Numbered from the whole stretch's first letter, positions 23,997 through 37,244 are shown. The stretch: 63,876 bases of DNA, filler included, from Folioceros fuciformis (GCA_049999805.1; 16 parts of 16 records of this genome joined end to end with filler, not necessarily neighbours in it), one strand, 5' to 3'. Notes: a model not told the origin generated them from the sequence alone. Numbers and translations: made by a program.

Positions 23997-25992
23997 GCCA
24001 ATCTCGCCTATTCTTTTTCTATTCTTCGCTTATGATCTCATCACTCATCTTCAAACCATGGGTGGTGGCACTGGCTGGATTGATGACACGGGGGCATATG
24101 TCACTGCTCCTTCATACAAAAAGTCTACAAAAAAACTTCAGGCTATGCTTCGTGTGGCATCAGAGTGGGCCTCCATGCACTTCGTGGAGTTCGATTCTAA
24201 CAAGTTTGAACTTATTCATTTTTCCCTGAAGCGTAAGGAATCAACAAAGGAATGTACTCTTTCGTTACCCGATGGTTCCCTTATCACTCCCTCCGAGTGT
24301 ATTAGGTTTTTGGGCTTCTATTTGGATTCCAAGTTAACTTGGAAACACGCATGTTCATCATGTTTCGGCTTCCGGAATGCGTACTTTGTCATCCATAATC
24401 TCTCTTGGGAATTCAATTTGGGGCCTCAATGCCAAGCTTCTTTGACAATTATATAGCAGTGTTGTCCTGCCCAAGCTCGATTATGGCTGTAATGTCTGGT
24501 TCAGCAGAGGTCGTACACACATTCAACACCTCCAACAGGTCCAACGTCTAGCCTGTAGGGCCATTACTGGTGCGTTTTGAACTACCTCCACTGATGCCCT
24601 AGAATTTAAAGCTTTTCTTTTGCCCATGGAGTTGCACGTCCAATGCCATTCTCTCCGTTCTCTCCTCCGCAATGTCTTATGCCCTCCCTCTCACCCCATC
24701 CATCAAGTTTTTCTTCCTACGACTAACTACAAAAAACTCTACCACAATGCTATCCGCAGTCGCCTCACACTACTTTCCCCTAGTATTATGTACTCCGCTT
24801 TAGGACTGCCCACCTCCACTGCCATTGAGACTATTTTTCCTGGACTCGTGCCTCCCTGGGCCTCTCCTCTTTCTATCATCTTTACCCACAACCATCGTAA
24901 TTTTACAATCTCCCACTTCTGCTATTGCCTCAGATTCCCTACATCTTTTGACTCCTGATGCCCTTGCCATTTACACTGATTGTTTTCTTCTGGATGGTCA
25001 TGCCGGGGGCGCGGTTGTTTTCTACTTCAATGGGGATATTGTCCATCAATTATCTTTTGGTTTAGAAACATACTACGGGGTTTATGAGGCAGAACTCCTC
25101 TTTGTGGTCAAAGCAATTTCATGCCTGCCCACCCTCTTTGCTTCCATCCCCAGGATTTCATCAATTACAATTTTCCTTGATAATCAAGCAGCTATCATGT
25201 TTTTAACGGACACTTCGGCTCGCCCAACCCAAGCCATATCTCTCCAAGCTAGGACATCTCTCCATGCCTTCTCGGTAGCTCATCCGGAGGTTTCCCTTAA
25301 TCTCCATTGGATTCCAAGACATCATAATAAAGTTGGTAATGAGCATGCAGATGTAACCGCCAAGGCTGCCACTCTTCTTCCCATTTCCAGCGAAGACCGC
25401 ATCATCCTATCTGTGTCTAGAGCTCACCAGCAAATTCATGCTGCAAGTCTACAAGAGTGGCGTTTACGGTGGGTTTCCTCAACTAAGGCTTATGCGCTTA
25501 AGAGGGTGGTGCATGGTGGCCCTTCGGCCTCGATGCTACAACGCCTTGGTATCCATGACCGTAAGCTCTCGTCATTTCTCACATAGCTTCGGACTGGGCA
25601 TATGGCTATTGAGGCTTACTTTAGGAGATTCAACATTGCAGAGGATCCATTTTGTCAGAAATGCAAGTCTTCAGAAGAAACTCGTCACCACATCCTTAAC
25701 CAATGTATGGCCACTCGCAACACTTGGATCCAGATGTTTCAAGGCTCTTACTGCGATATCGGCCAACTTCTTACTGTTTCCAAACTCAGGGAAAAACTTC
25801 TCTCTTACTTCAAGGCGATTGGCGATTACTTAACTTAGGCTTGTTGACATAGCTATCTAGATTTGCTATTTTGTTTGCTCTAATCCTCTTTCTTTTGCGC
25901 TTTCCCAAAGTGTCCATTCACTCATGTTTTTTATTCATGTTCAGGAGTCATAGCCTCACGGCTGGATACGCCTAATGATAAATAAATAAATA
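23997..25992 (+). mobile_element. 5'-truncated non-LTR retrotransposon (LINE) with RT, RNase H and Cys-His knuckle
   Basis: RT motifs SPISPILFLFF, WIDD, IRFLGFYLDSKLTWKH; RAITGAF-TTSTDAL; RNase H AIYTD..VYEAEL..DNQAAI..HWIP..GNEHAD; LRTGH..CQKC..ETRHHILNQC; (AAAT)n tail 25978-25995; 13-bp TSD AATCCAACTTCTC at 23984-23996 and 25993-26005. Confidence 0.92.
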
Positions 25993-27304
25993 AATCCAAC
26001 TTCTCTATTAAGGATGTGAAGTCTGCTTCTAACTACTACAAGTGGTTCCATTTAAGAATCTAATAAGTGGTGGCTAGAGATTAGGACTTAAGTATGTTTT
26101 GTTAGTCTAACTAAATATTGGATGATGAGTGATCTTCATGGATGTACAAGACATTATTTTTGTCTTCTTCCTGGTCTTTCTCTTCGATGAAGAAGACACA
26201 ACAAGTAACTAGATCAAAAGAGCAAACATTATTGGTGAACTAGTCATCAGCCCATAGTGGACTAAGGTAATGTGCGCCTACTATAAGCAAATGGAGAAGG
26301 AAGGTCAACTGGGTTATAAGAAGCCTAGCTTCTCATAACATCCCACCAAGCCCGGCTAATGGAGATGAAAGGTTGGTTAGATTTTGAGAAGCTTAGGTTA
26401 TCTTGTGTCATAGATTGGCTCTTGTACATGTGGAAAGGAATGGTAAAATTATTGGCCATCCCTTGGCTGCATAATGTGCTGGAATTGTAACCCTTCAACA
26501 ATATGCAACTCTAACGTAAAAGTAGTCTACAAAAAAGTCCATAGGTCAAGTTCAATTGGTCAATCCATGAAGAGGTTAAATGCCTTGCATAAACTGGAAG
26601 CGCAGGGCAAAACCAGTAAGAAATTACATGATGATGACACTAAGAGTAGAAATAATAAAATAGTTTAATAATAATACAATGTAACTCTTTAAATAAGCAC
26701 AGTTGAACGAGGAATATCGTACATAGCCTCAAAATCAATAACCGTCCAAACAATGAAAGAGAGGCTATTCTACCTCAGCTGCTAATCGCGATATCAATGG
26801 TTTCTTGAACATAGAGGGAAAAAACCTTACCTCTTGGACTGTCCCCACCGGTTTCTACGCGACGCTGGGTCCAGAGGTATAGGCCACGCAGAGCCGCATC
26901 TGACGAAACATTCCGACAAGCCACTCGAATTCGAGTCCTGTGCTAAGGNNNNNNNNNNNNNNNNNNNNNNNNNNNNNNNNNNNNNNNNNNNNTTAATTAA
27001 TTAANNNNNNNNNNNNNNNNNNNNNNNNNNNNNNNNNNNNNNNNNNNNAAATGCTGGATATATAATATGAATAAACCTATTTTATCCTACCAATACTCCC
27101 ACTTAGCCAGCATTATCCTAGTTAGGTTTCGTAACCACAGATTGAAGGAATCTCGCCAGGTTCGGGCTTCGTACAGCTTTTTCGAAGAAGTCTTCTCAAC
27201 GGCTTACTCCCGGACTTACGTCCTTGCATCTTTCAAAATTTAAATTCAGCACTTTGGAAATTTCTTCGAACTCTTTGCTTTACGCCCGCAACTGCGTCCA
27301 GTCG

Positions 27305-27547
27305 ATGGCGGAGCTTGCTGCTGTAGTCCTTGCCCTGGCGATGGTTCTCTGTGCTTGGATTCTCCGCTGCCGTCAGTCATGTGCAGTCTGCAGTAATTTG
27401 CCAGGAAACAGTCTGCCGAGGAAGAGCTGGAGCTGGCACACTCGAGGTGGAGATTTGTGCAGGGTTTTCCACAACTGGCGCCTGATGCTCCATTCCGCTG
27501 CCTCCCAAACTGTTTTGACAGGTTCATGTATGCTGGCTGCGACTTAA
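27305..27547 (+). CDS. Antisense small membrane-protein ORF of copia element A
   Basis: MAELAAVVLALAMVLCAWILRCRQ...; hydrophobic N-terminus with LAL-x6-WI; may continue after a frameshift into 27457-27666. Confidence 0.55.
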   Translation: MAELAAVVLALAMVLCAWILRCRQSCAVCSNLPGNSLPRKSWSWHTRGGDLCRVFHNWRLMLHSAASQTVLTGSCMLAAT

Positions 27548-30500
27548 CTGATGACGGGCGGCAAATTATCCGCTATGGTACGTACCCTGGTGCAATTCCT
27601 CCCACTGCAGCTGTGTTTGATTGGATTTCTGACTGTAGGTGTCTGAATTGTGCAGAGCCTTGGTAGCGCTACTCTACATAGATACCTACCAGAAGATTCC
27701 ACCCTTCGTGAGGTGCTGCATGGGTAGAAAAAAGGAATGCTAGCTAGGTGGACAGTACTAGTGTTTAGGGCTCAGGATCCTCCACTAACCCCATTGCAGC
27801 TGCAAATTTTTCATGCTTCTCTCTGGGGAGTGGTTTTGTGAGCAGGTCTGCAATGTTGTTGTGGGTAGACACGTGTTGTAGGTTAGCATGCCCTTCACTC
27901 ACCACTTGTCGTATGAAGTGGTGTTTGATATCTATGTGTTTCGTTCTGGCATGCAGGACAAGGTTTTGGGTGAGTGCTATGGCAGACTGATTATCGCTCA
28001 GGAGGAGCGTTGGTGCTGTTTGCCCTTCACCAAGACTTGCCAGTAGCTCTCTGCAGTGAATGATGTCCTGTGCCGCAGTCGTTGCAGAGATGTATTCTGC
28101 CTCAGTGGAGGACAGTGCTACCACTGATTGTTTTTACTGTGCCAAGATATAATGGTAGCCTGGATCTTGTCTTGTCCTAGCATCATACAGTGTGCAGAGA
28201 TGGAGCGGCGGCTGTCTGAGTCTGCCGCCCAGTCGGCATCACAGAAGCAGGTGAGCTGTAATTTGCTTGGTCTTCGTTTATACAGCAGTCCATGCCTCGG
28301 AGAGCCGCCAAGGTACCTCATGCACCTTTGAACTGCTAGCCAGTGTGCTGGTCCAAAGTTTGACAGAAATTGAGAGATCACACCCACAGCATGGGAGAGC
28401 TCAGGGCGCGTCCAGTTGCGGAAATAGATAAGCGCTCCCACTGCTTGCCTGTACGGAGTTTTCTCCATCTGTGTACGTTCCTTCTCATTTTTCGGGCATT
28501 GTTCCAGTGTAAGCTTCTCACCCATGGCCATTGGCGTTGCAGCAGGCGTTGCATTCTGCATTCTAAACCGTGCAAGGACCTGAACAACAAACTGTGCTTG
28601 GTGGATGAAGATAGTGTGCTTACCCAAGTTTTGACGTATTTGGATGCCAAGGAACCATGTGAGCTGACCTAGATCTGTCATCTGGAACTCTGATGTGAGT
28701 ATATTTTTGACTTTGTCCATTTGTGAGGAGTTACTGGAAATTATGACAGCGTCATCTACATACAGTGCAAGGTAAGCAATTCCATTTTTGTTATGCAACT
28801 TGTAGACATTAGAATCTGCAGTGCTTTGGACAAAATCGCATCCTTTTAAATAGGTATCTATGCGTTTGTACCACGCACGTGGTGACTGTTTTAGCCCATA
28901 GAGTGTCTTAATGAGTCTACATACCTTGTCTGGATGTTTTGGGTCAACGTACCCCTCAGGCTGACGCATGTAAATTGTTTCCTCCAGATCTCCATTCAAG
29001 AAGGCGGTTTTTACATCCATATGTTGCAGCAAGTAATCATATTGTGCTGCAATTGCTAGCAAAGTGCGTATTGATGTAGCTCGAACTACTGGAGAAAAAG
29101 TTTCAGAGTAGTCGAGTCCTTCAACCTGGCTGTAGCCACGGGCCACCAGCCTGGCTTTGTATCTAGCTATACTCCCATCTGCTGCCTTTTTCAATTTGAA
29201 GACCCACTTGCAGGTCACTGCTTTCCTGCCAGGTGGTAAGTCCTCTAGTTCCCAAGTTTTGTTGTCCATAATGGACCTGTATTCTTATTCTATGGCCTCG
29301 TGCCACTTGTCCTTCTCAGGAGAGTTAATTGCTTCATGGTATGTTTGGGGCTCGCCCATATCAATGGGCATATCTTCTTGGACTAGAAAACTTTGGTAAG
29401 AGTAAGGGATAGTACTCCACTCATACGGAGACGCAGTGTGATGCCTTGTACTGCGACGAGGAGCAGTTTCTTCTTCAGGTTGGTCAGGCTCATGCATATC
29501 GGGTTCTGCATCAAGTGCTGGTTCCTCTTGCTGCACCACGTCATCTGAGGGTAATGCATCATCGAGTGTGCTATCAATGCCATCTTGCCCTATTTCCATG
29601 TCTTCATCAGGGAAGTCTGACCGAATGCCATAACTATCACTGTCCTGCTGTGGGACAGGTGATCCTGCAGGGTGCACTGGCTGTGAGAAGGAGGTACTGT
29701 CTAACAGAGTTGTAAACTCTTCGTCATCACTTGTGTTGTTGTTGTCAAGGTCATCAGAATGTGCTTCAGAATGTGGTTCTGTCTCGGGCTGATTTACTGA
29801 AGGGGTAAGTAGGGGTTTTTCGTTGAACACTACACTACGTGCATGTACAGTTGTTCTGGTTTGTGGATCTAGCAGTTTATAACCCTTTATCCCTTCAGTG
29901 TATCCAACAAACAAGTATTTCTTTGCTTTGTAATCTAACTTTACCCGTTGGGTTTCTGCAAGGTGAGCATATGCGGGAGATCCGAATATGCGTAAGTGGT
30001 TGATGCGAGGTTTGTTGTTAGTCCATCTCTCGAAAGGTGTTGAGCCGGTAAATGCTTTAGTAGGCAGTCGGTTTCTAATATATGCCGCTGTAACTACAGC
30101 TTCACCCCAGTAACCTCGTGTGAGGCCGGACACCTTGAGCATAGCCTTGGCAGGTGATTGGAGGTGCTTGTTATTAAGTTCAGCCAATGGGTTTTGAGCA
30201 GACGTATAAGGTACAGTCAACTGCCTGTGAATGCCTAATTCCTTGCAATAATCTTGGAATGCTAGTGACGTATATTCCCCGCCATTGTCACTGCGCAGGG
30301 TTTTTAACTGCTCTCCAGTTTGCCTCTGGGCAAAAGATACATATTCCTTAAAGCATCCAAGAGTCTGGCTCTTGTTCTTGAGCAGGTAAACCACGACATA
30401 CCTGCTCCAGTCATCAACAAACGAGAGAATATACAGCGCACCTCCTAGGGTTGCAGTGGACATTGGGCCACATAAATCGGTATGTACAACCTCCAGTAGT

Positions 30501-32319
30501 TTTGTTGCCCTTGTTGGGTTATCATCCGAGTATGGAAGGCGTTGATGCTTGGCAAAAACACACGCCTCACAGAACTGCTTCTCAGCTGACTGGAGCACAA
30601 ACTTTTCTCTGTAAAGTGTTGTGCTGGCCACCATAGACTTGATTTTTTCGAAGTTGGCATGGCCCAGTCTGCAGTGCCATAGCATAGCAGCATCCTTTTG
30701 CTTGGCTTCCTGGCTGGCACAGACTTGTGCATGTGCAAGAGGAAGACCATATTTGGAGGTAATGTTGAGTTGATATAAATCGTGGAGAGGTGTTCCTTTC
30801 GCTAACACTTTGTTTTTGTGCTTAGGGTCAGTGACTAGACACTGAAGACCAGTGAAGGAAACATTCAATGTGTGCTGTGAAGTCAACTTGCGGACTGAGA
30901 CAAGGTTCTTCACCATAGAAGGTACATGCAACACATCCTCTAGCACTAGTGTGGTGCTATCACTCAACATAACTGGGACTGACCCAGTGCCCTCTATTTG
31001 TAGGCCGCTGTCATCGCCAAGAAGAACGAACTGACCAGGTGAAATAGACCTGTATTCAGAGAAGGATTTCTTGCAATGACAGATATGTGCAGATGCACCT
31101 GAGTCTATGAACCATACGTGTTTGTTTGACGCGGTAGAGACCATGCATACTGCTAGGATAGGGTTTCCCTTACGTTGTACCACATTAGATGCTGGTTGTG
31201 GCACACGCCTGGGCTCTCCAGCCTTTTTCTTGCGGCAGTCGGCTTCCCAATGGCCAGGTATGAGACACCAATTGCAGGGTCCCTTCCTTTTGGTTGATGC
31301 AGCTTGTGCTGGACGTTTCTTAAACGCAGTGTTGTTGTTTGGTGTCCAGGACTGCCGTGGTGGGTGTCTTCTGGGACCCCTGTTTGCATACAGTGCCCTT
31401 GTTGAAGACTCTCCTCGGGAGGTGCCACCTAGGTTAACAGTTCTGGTTGACTCTTCTTCGAGAAGAGCACCAATTACATCCGCAAGTGTAACATCCGGTG
31501 GCTGACCTGCCTGAGCATTCTGTGCTGCAAGTCTTAATGCCGAACTCTGGTTGCTTACAAAAGTGCGGTAACTGGGAGGAAGAGAGAGAAGGAGGGCAAC
31601 GGCTGCCTGCATCTCTGTGGTCTTCGTCCCACTCGAGGTAAGTTTGGATCGTAGCTGTCGAAACTTTACCACATGTTGTTCCACTGGTTCATTTTCACGC
31701 ATCTTACAAGTATAGAATGCTCTTGTTGCTCCAACTAGAGATGAGCCATTGCTGACTTGATAAGTGTGTGTTAGTGAGTCCCATGCCTCTTTGGTGTTCT
31801 CCACGTCTTGAGTGTGAGACATCATAGATCCATCCAGTGCGGACTGGATCACTCCAAGTGCTCTTAGGTCCAGTTTTTCCCAAGCCTCGATTTGTGCAGC
31901 AGTCGAGGTAGCAGCTGCAGGCTTAGGTACAGTTCCAGTGACAACCCCCCACAGGCCATTTTCTTTTAGGATTGTCTGGACTCTAAGTGACCAAATGTCA
32001 AACTGGGAACCTGAGAAGCGATCTTTTTCTTTGAAATCTATTTTCAGGTGAGTGACTGTTGCCATGTTTGCTAGAACTTGATTTGCAAGTGCTGCTGCTA
32101 CTAATTCAGCCTGTTTCTTTCGTGTCTTTTTCTGTCGGGCTCTTTGAATGCGATCAAGGGCTGGATCTACCCTAGATGTACTACTGCCTTGTGAAGATGA
32201 AGTGGAAAAAATGGAAAGTGGGTCTGAAGGGTCTGTAGGAGGTGAGTTGCCTCTACTGCTACCTATGCCCTTTGGCTTGCATGTGTCTGTACCCCTTCCC
32301 TTTCCTGACATGTAAAATT

Positions 32320-32886
32320 TTACAAGACTTCAGTAGTACCATACCCGAGCGGCCTTGCATGCTCAGTGCAGCAAAGATGAGTTGCTCGAATTGCCTCAAT
32401 CATTTTCATGAGAGGTGTATGCTCCAAGATGTGAACAGGTGGACCCGAAACCTGAACCGGTGCAATCAAGATTTGAAGCGACATGTTTGTCTCACTGTCA
32501 GAGGAATTCACTTGAATAGTATTCTTCAAAGATGTCTCTGCTAAAATGACATCAGTTGGTGTTGGATATGGATTAAAGTCGTAGGACTTGGAACGTACAA
32601 ACTCGCGTGATCTCTGCTCAGAGATTGTGCGTGCGTTCTGAATGTATTGCCTAATCTGACTTCTCTGTGAGGCTAGTGGATCTGGTTTCTGGTGTTGCTG
32701 ACAGCATTGTGCGTTGCAACGCTTATACTGACGCTTATGATTGCTGTGCGTGTGCGGAGGGTTGAGATTGCAGTGGGTGTCAAAGAAACGATGCAAGTTC
32801 TGCAGGTGAACATCCTCCGGAGCACGGCGGCGGCCAGAAAGGAGATCAAAAGGGGGCTGCTTGCCTCTACCTCGCGCTCTCGGCAT
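32320..32886 (-). CDS. Extra ORF upstream of gag (ORF0) in element A
   Basis: ATG-initiated 188-aa ORF between PBS and gag, sense strand; basic and Cys/His-rich. Confidence 0.45.
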   Translation of the reverse strand: MPRARGRGKQPPFDLLSGRRRAPEDVHLQNLHRFFDTHCNLNPPHTHSNHKRQYKRCNAQCCQQHQKPDPLASQRSQIRQYIQNARTISEQRSREFVRSKSYDFNPYPTPTDVILAETSLKNTIQVNSSDSETNMSLQILIAPVQVSGPPVHILEHTPLMKMIEAIRATHLCCTEHARPLGYGTTEVL

Positions 32887-33235
32887 AGCGTGCAGTCAGT
32901 CGTAGTAGTGGCTGACTACATCTGCTAGAATTGCATCGGCCATCGCGCCAAACCTGATGAGTGAGACCCGGAGTGCAGAGATCGCAGCGCAGAAATCTTT
33001 GTGGCTGAGATTCCGGGTGCAGTTGTTACTCTTACAGGTTTCACAGTCGCGCGGTGGCGACGCGTCCTCCATCACCGCTCTGATACCATAAAGATTAGGA
33101 TCGAGGAGGCAAGGAGATCGAGATCTGGCAAGGCGNNNNNNNNNNNNNNNNNNNNNNNNNNNNNNNNNNNNNNNNNNNNTTAATTAATTAANNNNNNNNN
33201 NNNNNNNNNNNNNNNNNNNNNNNNNNNNNNNNNNN

Positions 33236-35348
33236 AGCTTGGAACGTCTTGAAACAGGGAAATGCCTCAGGTTTGTGTTTGAGGAAGTAAAGGTGGGTCC
33301 AGTGACTGAAATCATCTAGCAGGACAAACATGTATAATTTGCCTGATATAGTTGTTATCTGCATCGGTCCACAAAGGTCAGCATGTACCAACTCAAGGAC
33401 ACGGGATGTTTTGGTATGGGATCTTGGATAAGGTTGGCTGGCGTGCTTGCCTACGACACAGCCGGGACCTAGAGGTAAAGCTCCTAACTTAGGAGGTAAC
33501 CCTAAAACCAGATTTTTTGTGGACATTCGCTGCATGCCCTGCAGATGTAAGTGGGCTAAGCATAAGTGCCATAAAGTAGTTGTAGCATCTGTAGCTACTA
33601 AACTATGTGTGGTGGTTGTTGAACCTAGTGACTCGGGCAGAATGCTTGAAGCCACATAAAACAACTTGACACTTTGAGGATAAAATAATTGCACTAACTG
33701 CCCGGAGGCGAGTCTAAAGGAGATATGACAGCCTTTATGTGTGAAGGTAATCTTGTTGTTTGGAGATCTAGTAGCTTGCGTAACTGACAGCAAGTTGTGT
33801 GTTAGTGCAGGAACGTGCAGGACGTCTTTTATGAAGACTACATGATTTTGAAGCTGCACTTTTACCACTCCCTTACCAACAGCCATATGTGGAGAGCTAT
33901 CTCCTATGTAGACAAGTTGAGGAGCAGGCAAAGAGGTATACTGGAAAAACCAATCCCTCCTAGGTGACATGTGCTCTATTGCTCTACTGTCAAGGAGCCA
34001 CAAATCTTGAGAAGGATGTTTAGAATCCAAGTTTTCAGGCAGAGCAGTGAAGACGTAGGAAGGGTCTTGTCCAGCTTGTGCAGTGTTAACTGAGGCTGGT
34101 GCCGAATTAGGGTTGTGAATCCCTGCAGCTTGTTCCATTTCTTTTTCCTACATTCAGGTGCTATGTGACCTATTTTTTGACAATAGTGACAAGTCTTGTT
34201 CTTATGCGCAGGATTATTAGGAGGAGGACGGTGAGTTCCTCTAGAAGTAGAAGTAGAGGATTTACTAGTTTGATTCCAGCATTTCCTACCACTTGCAAAG
34301 AGAGCGGAGGTAGTATTCCTAGAGGTGCTGGAAATAGTGTTACCTTGTCTTAGTCTAGTCTCATGCATAATCCTACTGATGAGTGTAGTTAAGGTTAAAG
34401 GATTATAAGTTGTTACACTTCTGGTTTGTGGAGCGATGAAGTTTCCCCACGAAGGAGGTAAAGCTCTGAAAAGGTGCATCACTTGTGTTTCATCGTCTAG
34501 TGTTAGACCTGAGGATATGCAAGAATCTAAGGGCCCTTACCATGTCTCTAGAAAATCTAGGATTGAATTTCCTTCTGCCAATTTTAGGAATGATAGCTGT
34601 TCCTGGGCGTGCAACTTAAAGGCCATGCTGCTTTCTACATAGGTAGATGCCAGTTTATCCCACATTTGTTTTGATGTGGTTAGTCGTTTGATTATAGGGA
34701 TTAATCTATCTCCTACGTGCAGGAGTATGTCGCAACGGGCTTGTGCATCTTTGAGTTGCCAAGCAGGTAGGTCAGCATGACCTACTGCTGGCTGTGCTTC
34801 AGAGCCTATTACTACAGGCCATAGGGAATTTCTTAAGAAGAGCATTTCTAGCCTGGTTGCCCATGTGTGATAATTGACACTAGTTAGCGTATCAATCTGA
34901 TATGCCCTTGAAATGGGCTGTGGTTGATTAGCCATTGGGCTAGATCACCAAGATGTTTATGTTTGGAAGTTTATGATCAATGTTGACTAGAATGTTTGAA
35001 TTTCCATTTTCTATGTTGAGTAGAAAGTTTGAATTTCTCAGAGCATTCCGGACAGAATTTTTGTGTTCTGTCCATTGAGTTTTTGTATTACTGGCACAGA
35101 GTCAAAGTCTGTCCAAACTTGTAATGTATTCTTGGCATGCTCTAGGATGTATGCTCTAATACCATGAACCAAAGCGATCTAGATTAGAGACACACGACAC
35201 ACACGGAGAACAACAACAAGTAGAATGTTTTATTATGAGCCTGAAAAGGCATTATACAAGAGGAGAATGAAGAGTCACGTTTGTTCACATAGCGTCCCTA
35301 AACAAATGGAGAAACGAGCTTCACGTAAAACCTCACCAGTTCCACACA
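33236..35348 (-). mobile_element. Ty1/copia 5' half (gag, PR, partial IN), degenerate
   Basis: PBS-like TGGTATTAGAGC 35153-35164; putative LTR ~35165-35348; gag 34537-34935 and 33976-34482 (CHYCQKIGHIAPEC); PR/IN WLLDS..HADLCGP. Confidence 0.9.
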
Positions 35349-35721
35349 TCTTCCTGTGGTCATTTGAGCTTTATCAACAGCAAGGCATCATAGCACGACT
35401 TGTGGCCAAACATTTGTGGCTAGCTGCTTCAAGATGAAATCACCTTTCACTTCCCAAGGCGTGCTGGTTCGTTTCTTCGTCCTAGGACACTTGAAAATTT
35501 GAGGGATGGTTCGTGCCTCAAAATGAAGAATTGCCTAGGCCTATGCACACGCGAAGGAAGAATTACCAGTTCCATCCGGTAAGGCCGATATAATCCCCCC
35601 GCAAGCAAATCTTCGAGGAAATAGTGTGTGTGCTACTGAATTATTGTGTACGTACCTATCCTTGCATGCAGCAAGTCCGTGTCCTTCCTCCTTGCCATAT
35701 GGTGCCAACCCCTCTGAGCAA

Positions 35722-35839
35722 TGAAGGGAACTTAAGAGTAGCACCGAGAGAGCTGAGGGAAACTTAAGGGTAGCACCAAGAGAGCTGAAGGAAACTTAAG
35801 GGTAGCACCGAGAGAGCTGAAGAAAACTTAAGGGTAGCA
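35722..35839 (+). repeat. 32-bp minisatellite, ~3.6 copies
   Basis: gaaacttaagggtagcaccgagagagctgaag units without spacers. Confidence 0.88.
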
Positions 35840-35990
35840 TTAGCTTATATAATGGGATGCATTGGAGTTAAAAATATTTATATTGAATCAATTAATATTT
35901 GATATTGTTTGAGTACAGAGTCTTACTACTACTATATATGCTTGTGATTTGTAGAAGTAAAGCAAAGAATTTATAGTAACGTGCTACAAA

Positions 35991-37244
35991 ATGAGACCTC
36001 GTAAGGAAAAGGATCCTTGGCAGTACATTGTTCAATGTGGCTACCTTGTAATTGAAATGAAAGGTGAAGGAACTTTTGGAAAAGTTTGTTCTGCCAAAGA
36101 TGTGAAAAGAAGGAAAGATGTGGCTGTAAAAAAAGTTACATGTAAAAATCAGAGGAGAACATCAATGCTTTATATTTTACGAGAGATAGCATTACTCAAA
36201 GTATTGCATCATCCAAGTATTATTAAATTAGAGACAATTATATGTTCACCAAGGAAAAGGTTACCTGACATTTATATAGTAACAGAATTAATGGAACATG
36301 ATCTCTATGAAGAGCTGCGAAACACTCAAGAGTTTCCTATTCAAAAACAAAAAAATTTACTCTACCAAATACTTCAGGGCGTGGCTTATTTGCATGCAGC
36401 AAATGTCTTACACCAAGACTTAAAGCCATCGAATTTATTGGTGAATTCTCAAGGTGAACTTAAAATTTGCGATTTTGGATTGGCTCGATTTCTTCCCGAA
36501 GGTTGTAATTCCATAGTGCAAAATCATCCATATAATATAGGAACTAGACCTTATTGTGCTCCGGAGCTTTGCACAAAGGAAAGTCCAAGATATTATACTC
36601 CAGCAATTGATATATGGAGTGTGGGATGTATATTTGCTGAAATCTTGCAAAGAGGGCTTTTGTTTGGAATGTCGAATAATAATGAGATGCAGTTACAGTT
36701 GATTAAAGATTTTCTCGGAGTTGAAAATACAACAACCCCAATGCCTGTAAAAGATGCTTTCGAACTACGATTCCCAAAGGCTGATCATGCTGCTATGTCC
36801 TTACTTAGACAACTGCTTGCCTTTCATCCTCAAGATAGAATAACAGCCGAGCAAGCTCTACAACATCCTTTTTTTCAAGATTTTGATCAAGTGTTTAGAT
36901 CTTATGTGGACAAAGACTTCATGAATAGGGAACTAGAGTTTGAAAATTTATCCACCGACGCATTGAAGAATTATTTTACTCGTAAAATGTCAGAACATGT
37001 TGGAATAAAAGACTCCAAACATGTACGCAAGAGGAAGATGAGGGACATTGAAATGCAAGAACGTGTCAAAAGAAGAAAGGTGGCACATATACCAAGTAGT
37101 AATTTACAATGTAATTATGAAAGTAGCATATCTAAGGATGATCCAAATGATCCAACTTACCAACCTTATAAAAAACCTAAAAACATGGGTATGAGGAAAA
37201 CGAAAGCTGGGAACTTGCGAAACGTTGTCAAAAGGAGATTATAG
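35991..37244 (+). CDS. Intronless MAPK-like (CMGC) Ser/Thr kinase, group D-derived, divergent
   Basis: 417 aa: GEGTFGKV, VAVKK, REIALL, HQDLKPSN, DFG, GTRPYCAPE, DIWSVGCIFAE, FPKADHAAMSLLRQLLAFHPQDRITAEQAL; basic C-tail. Confidence 0.88.
   Translation: MRPRKEKDPWQYIVQCGYLVIEMKGEGTFGKVCSAKDVKRRKDVAVKKVTCKNQRRTSMLYILREIALLKVLHHPSIIKLETIICSPRKRLPDIYIVTELMEHDLYEELRNTQEFPIQKQKNLLYQILQGVAYLHAANVLHQDLKPSNLLVNSQGELKICDFGLARFLPEGCNSIVQNHPYNIGTRPYCAPELCTKESPRYYTPAIDIWSVGCIFAEILQRGLLFGMSNNNEMQLQLIKDFLGVENTTTPMPVKDAFELRFPKADHAAMSLLRQLLAFHPQDRITAEQALQHPFFQDFDQVFRSYVDKDFMNRELEFENLSTDALKNYFTRKMSEHVGIKDSKHVRKRKMRDIEMQERVKRRKVAHIPSSNLQCNYESSISKDDPNDPTYQPYKKPKNMGMRKTKAGNLRNVVKRRL

Larger units (their letters stand above)
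27049..33135 (-). mobile_element. Ty1/copia LTR retrotransposon with extra ORFs (element A)
   Basis: PBS 33077-33088; gag-PR-IN ORF 29285-32311; one in-frame TAA; RT 28118-29269; frameshift into RNase H 27765-28124; PPT 27096-27104; 3' LTR begins TATTGG at 27095. Confidence 0.96.
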
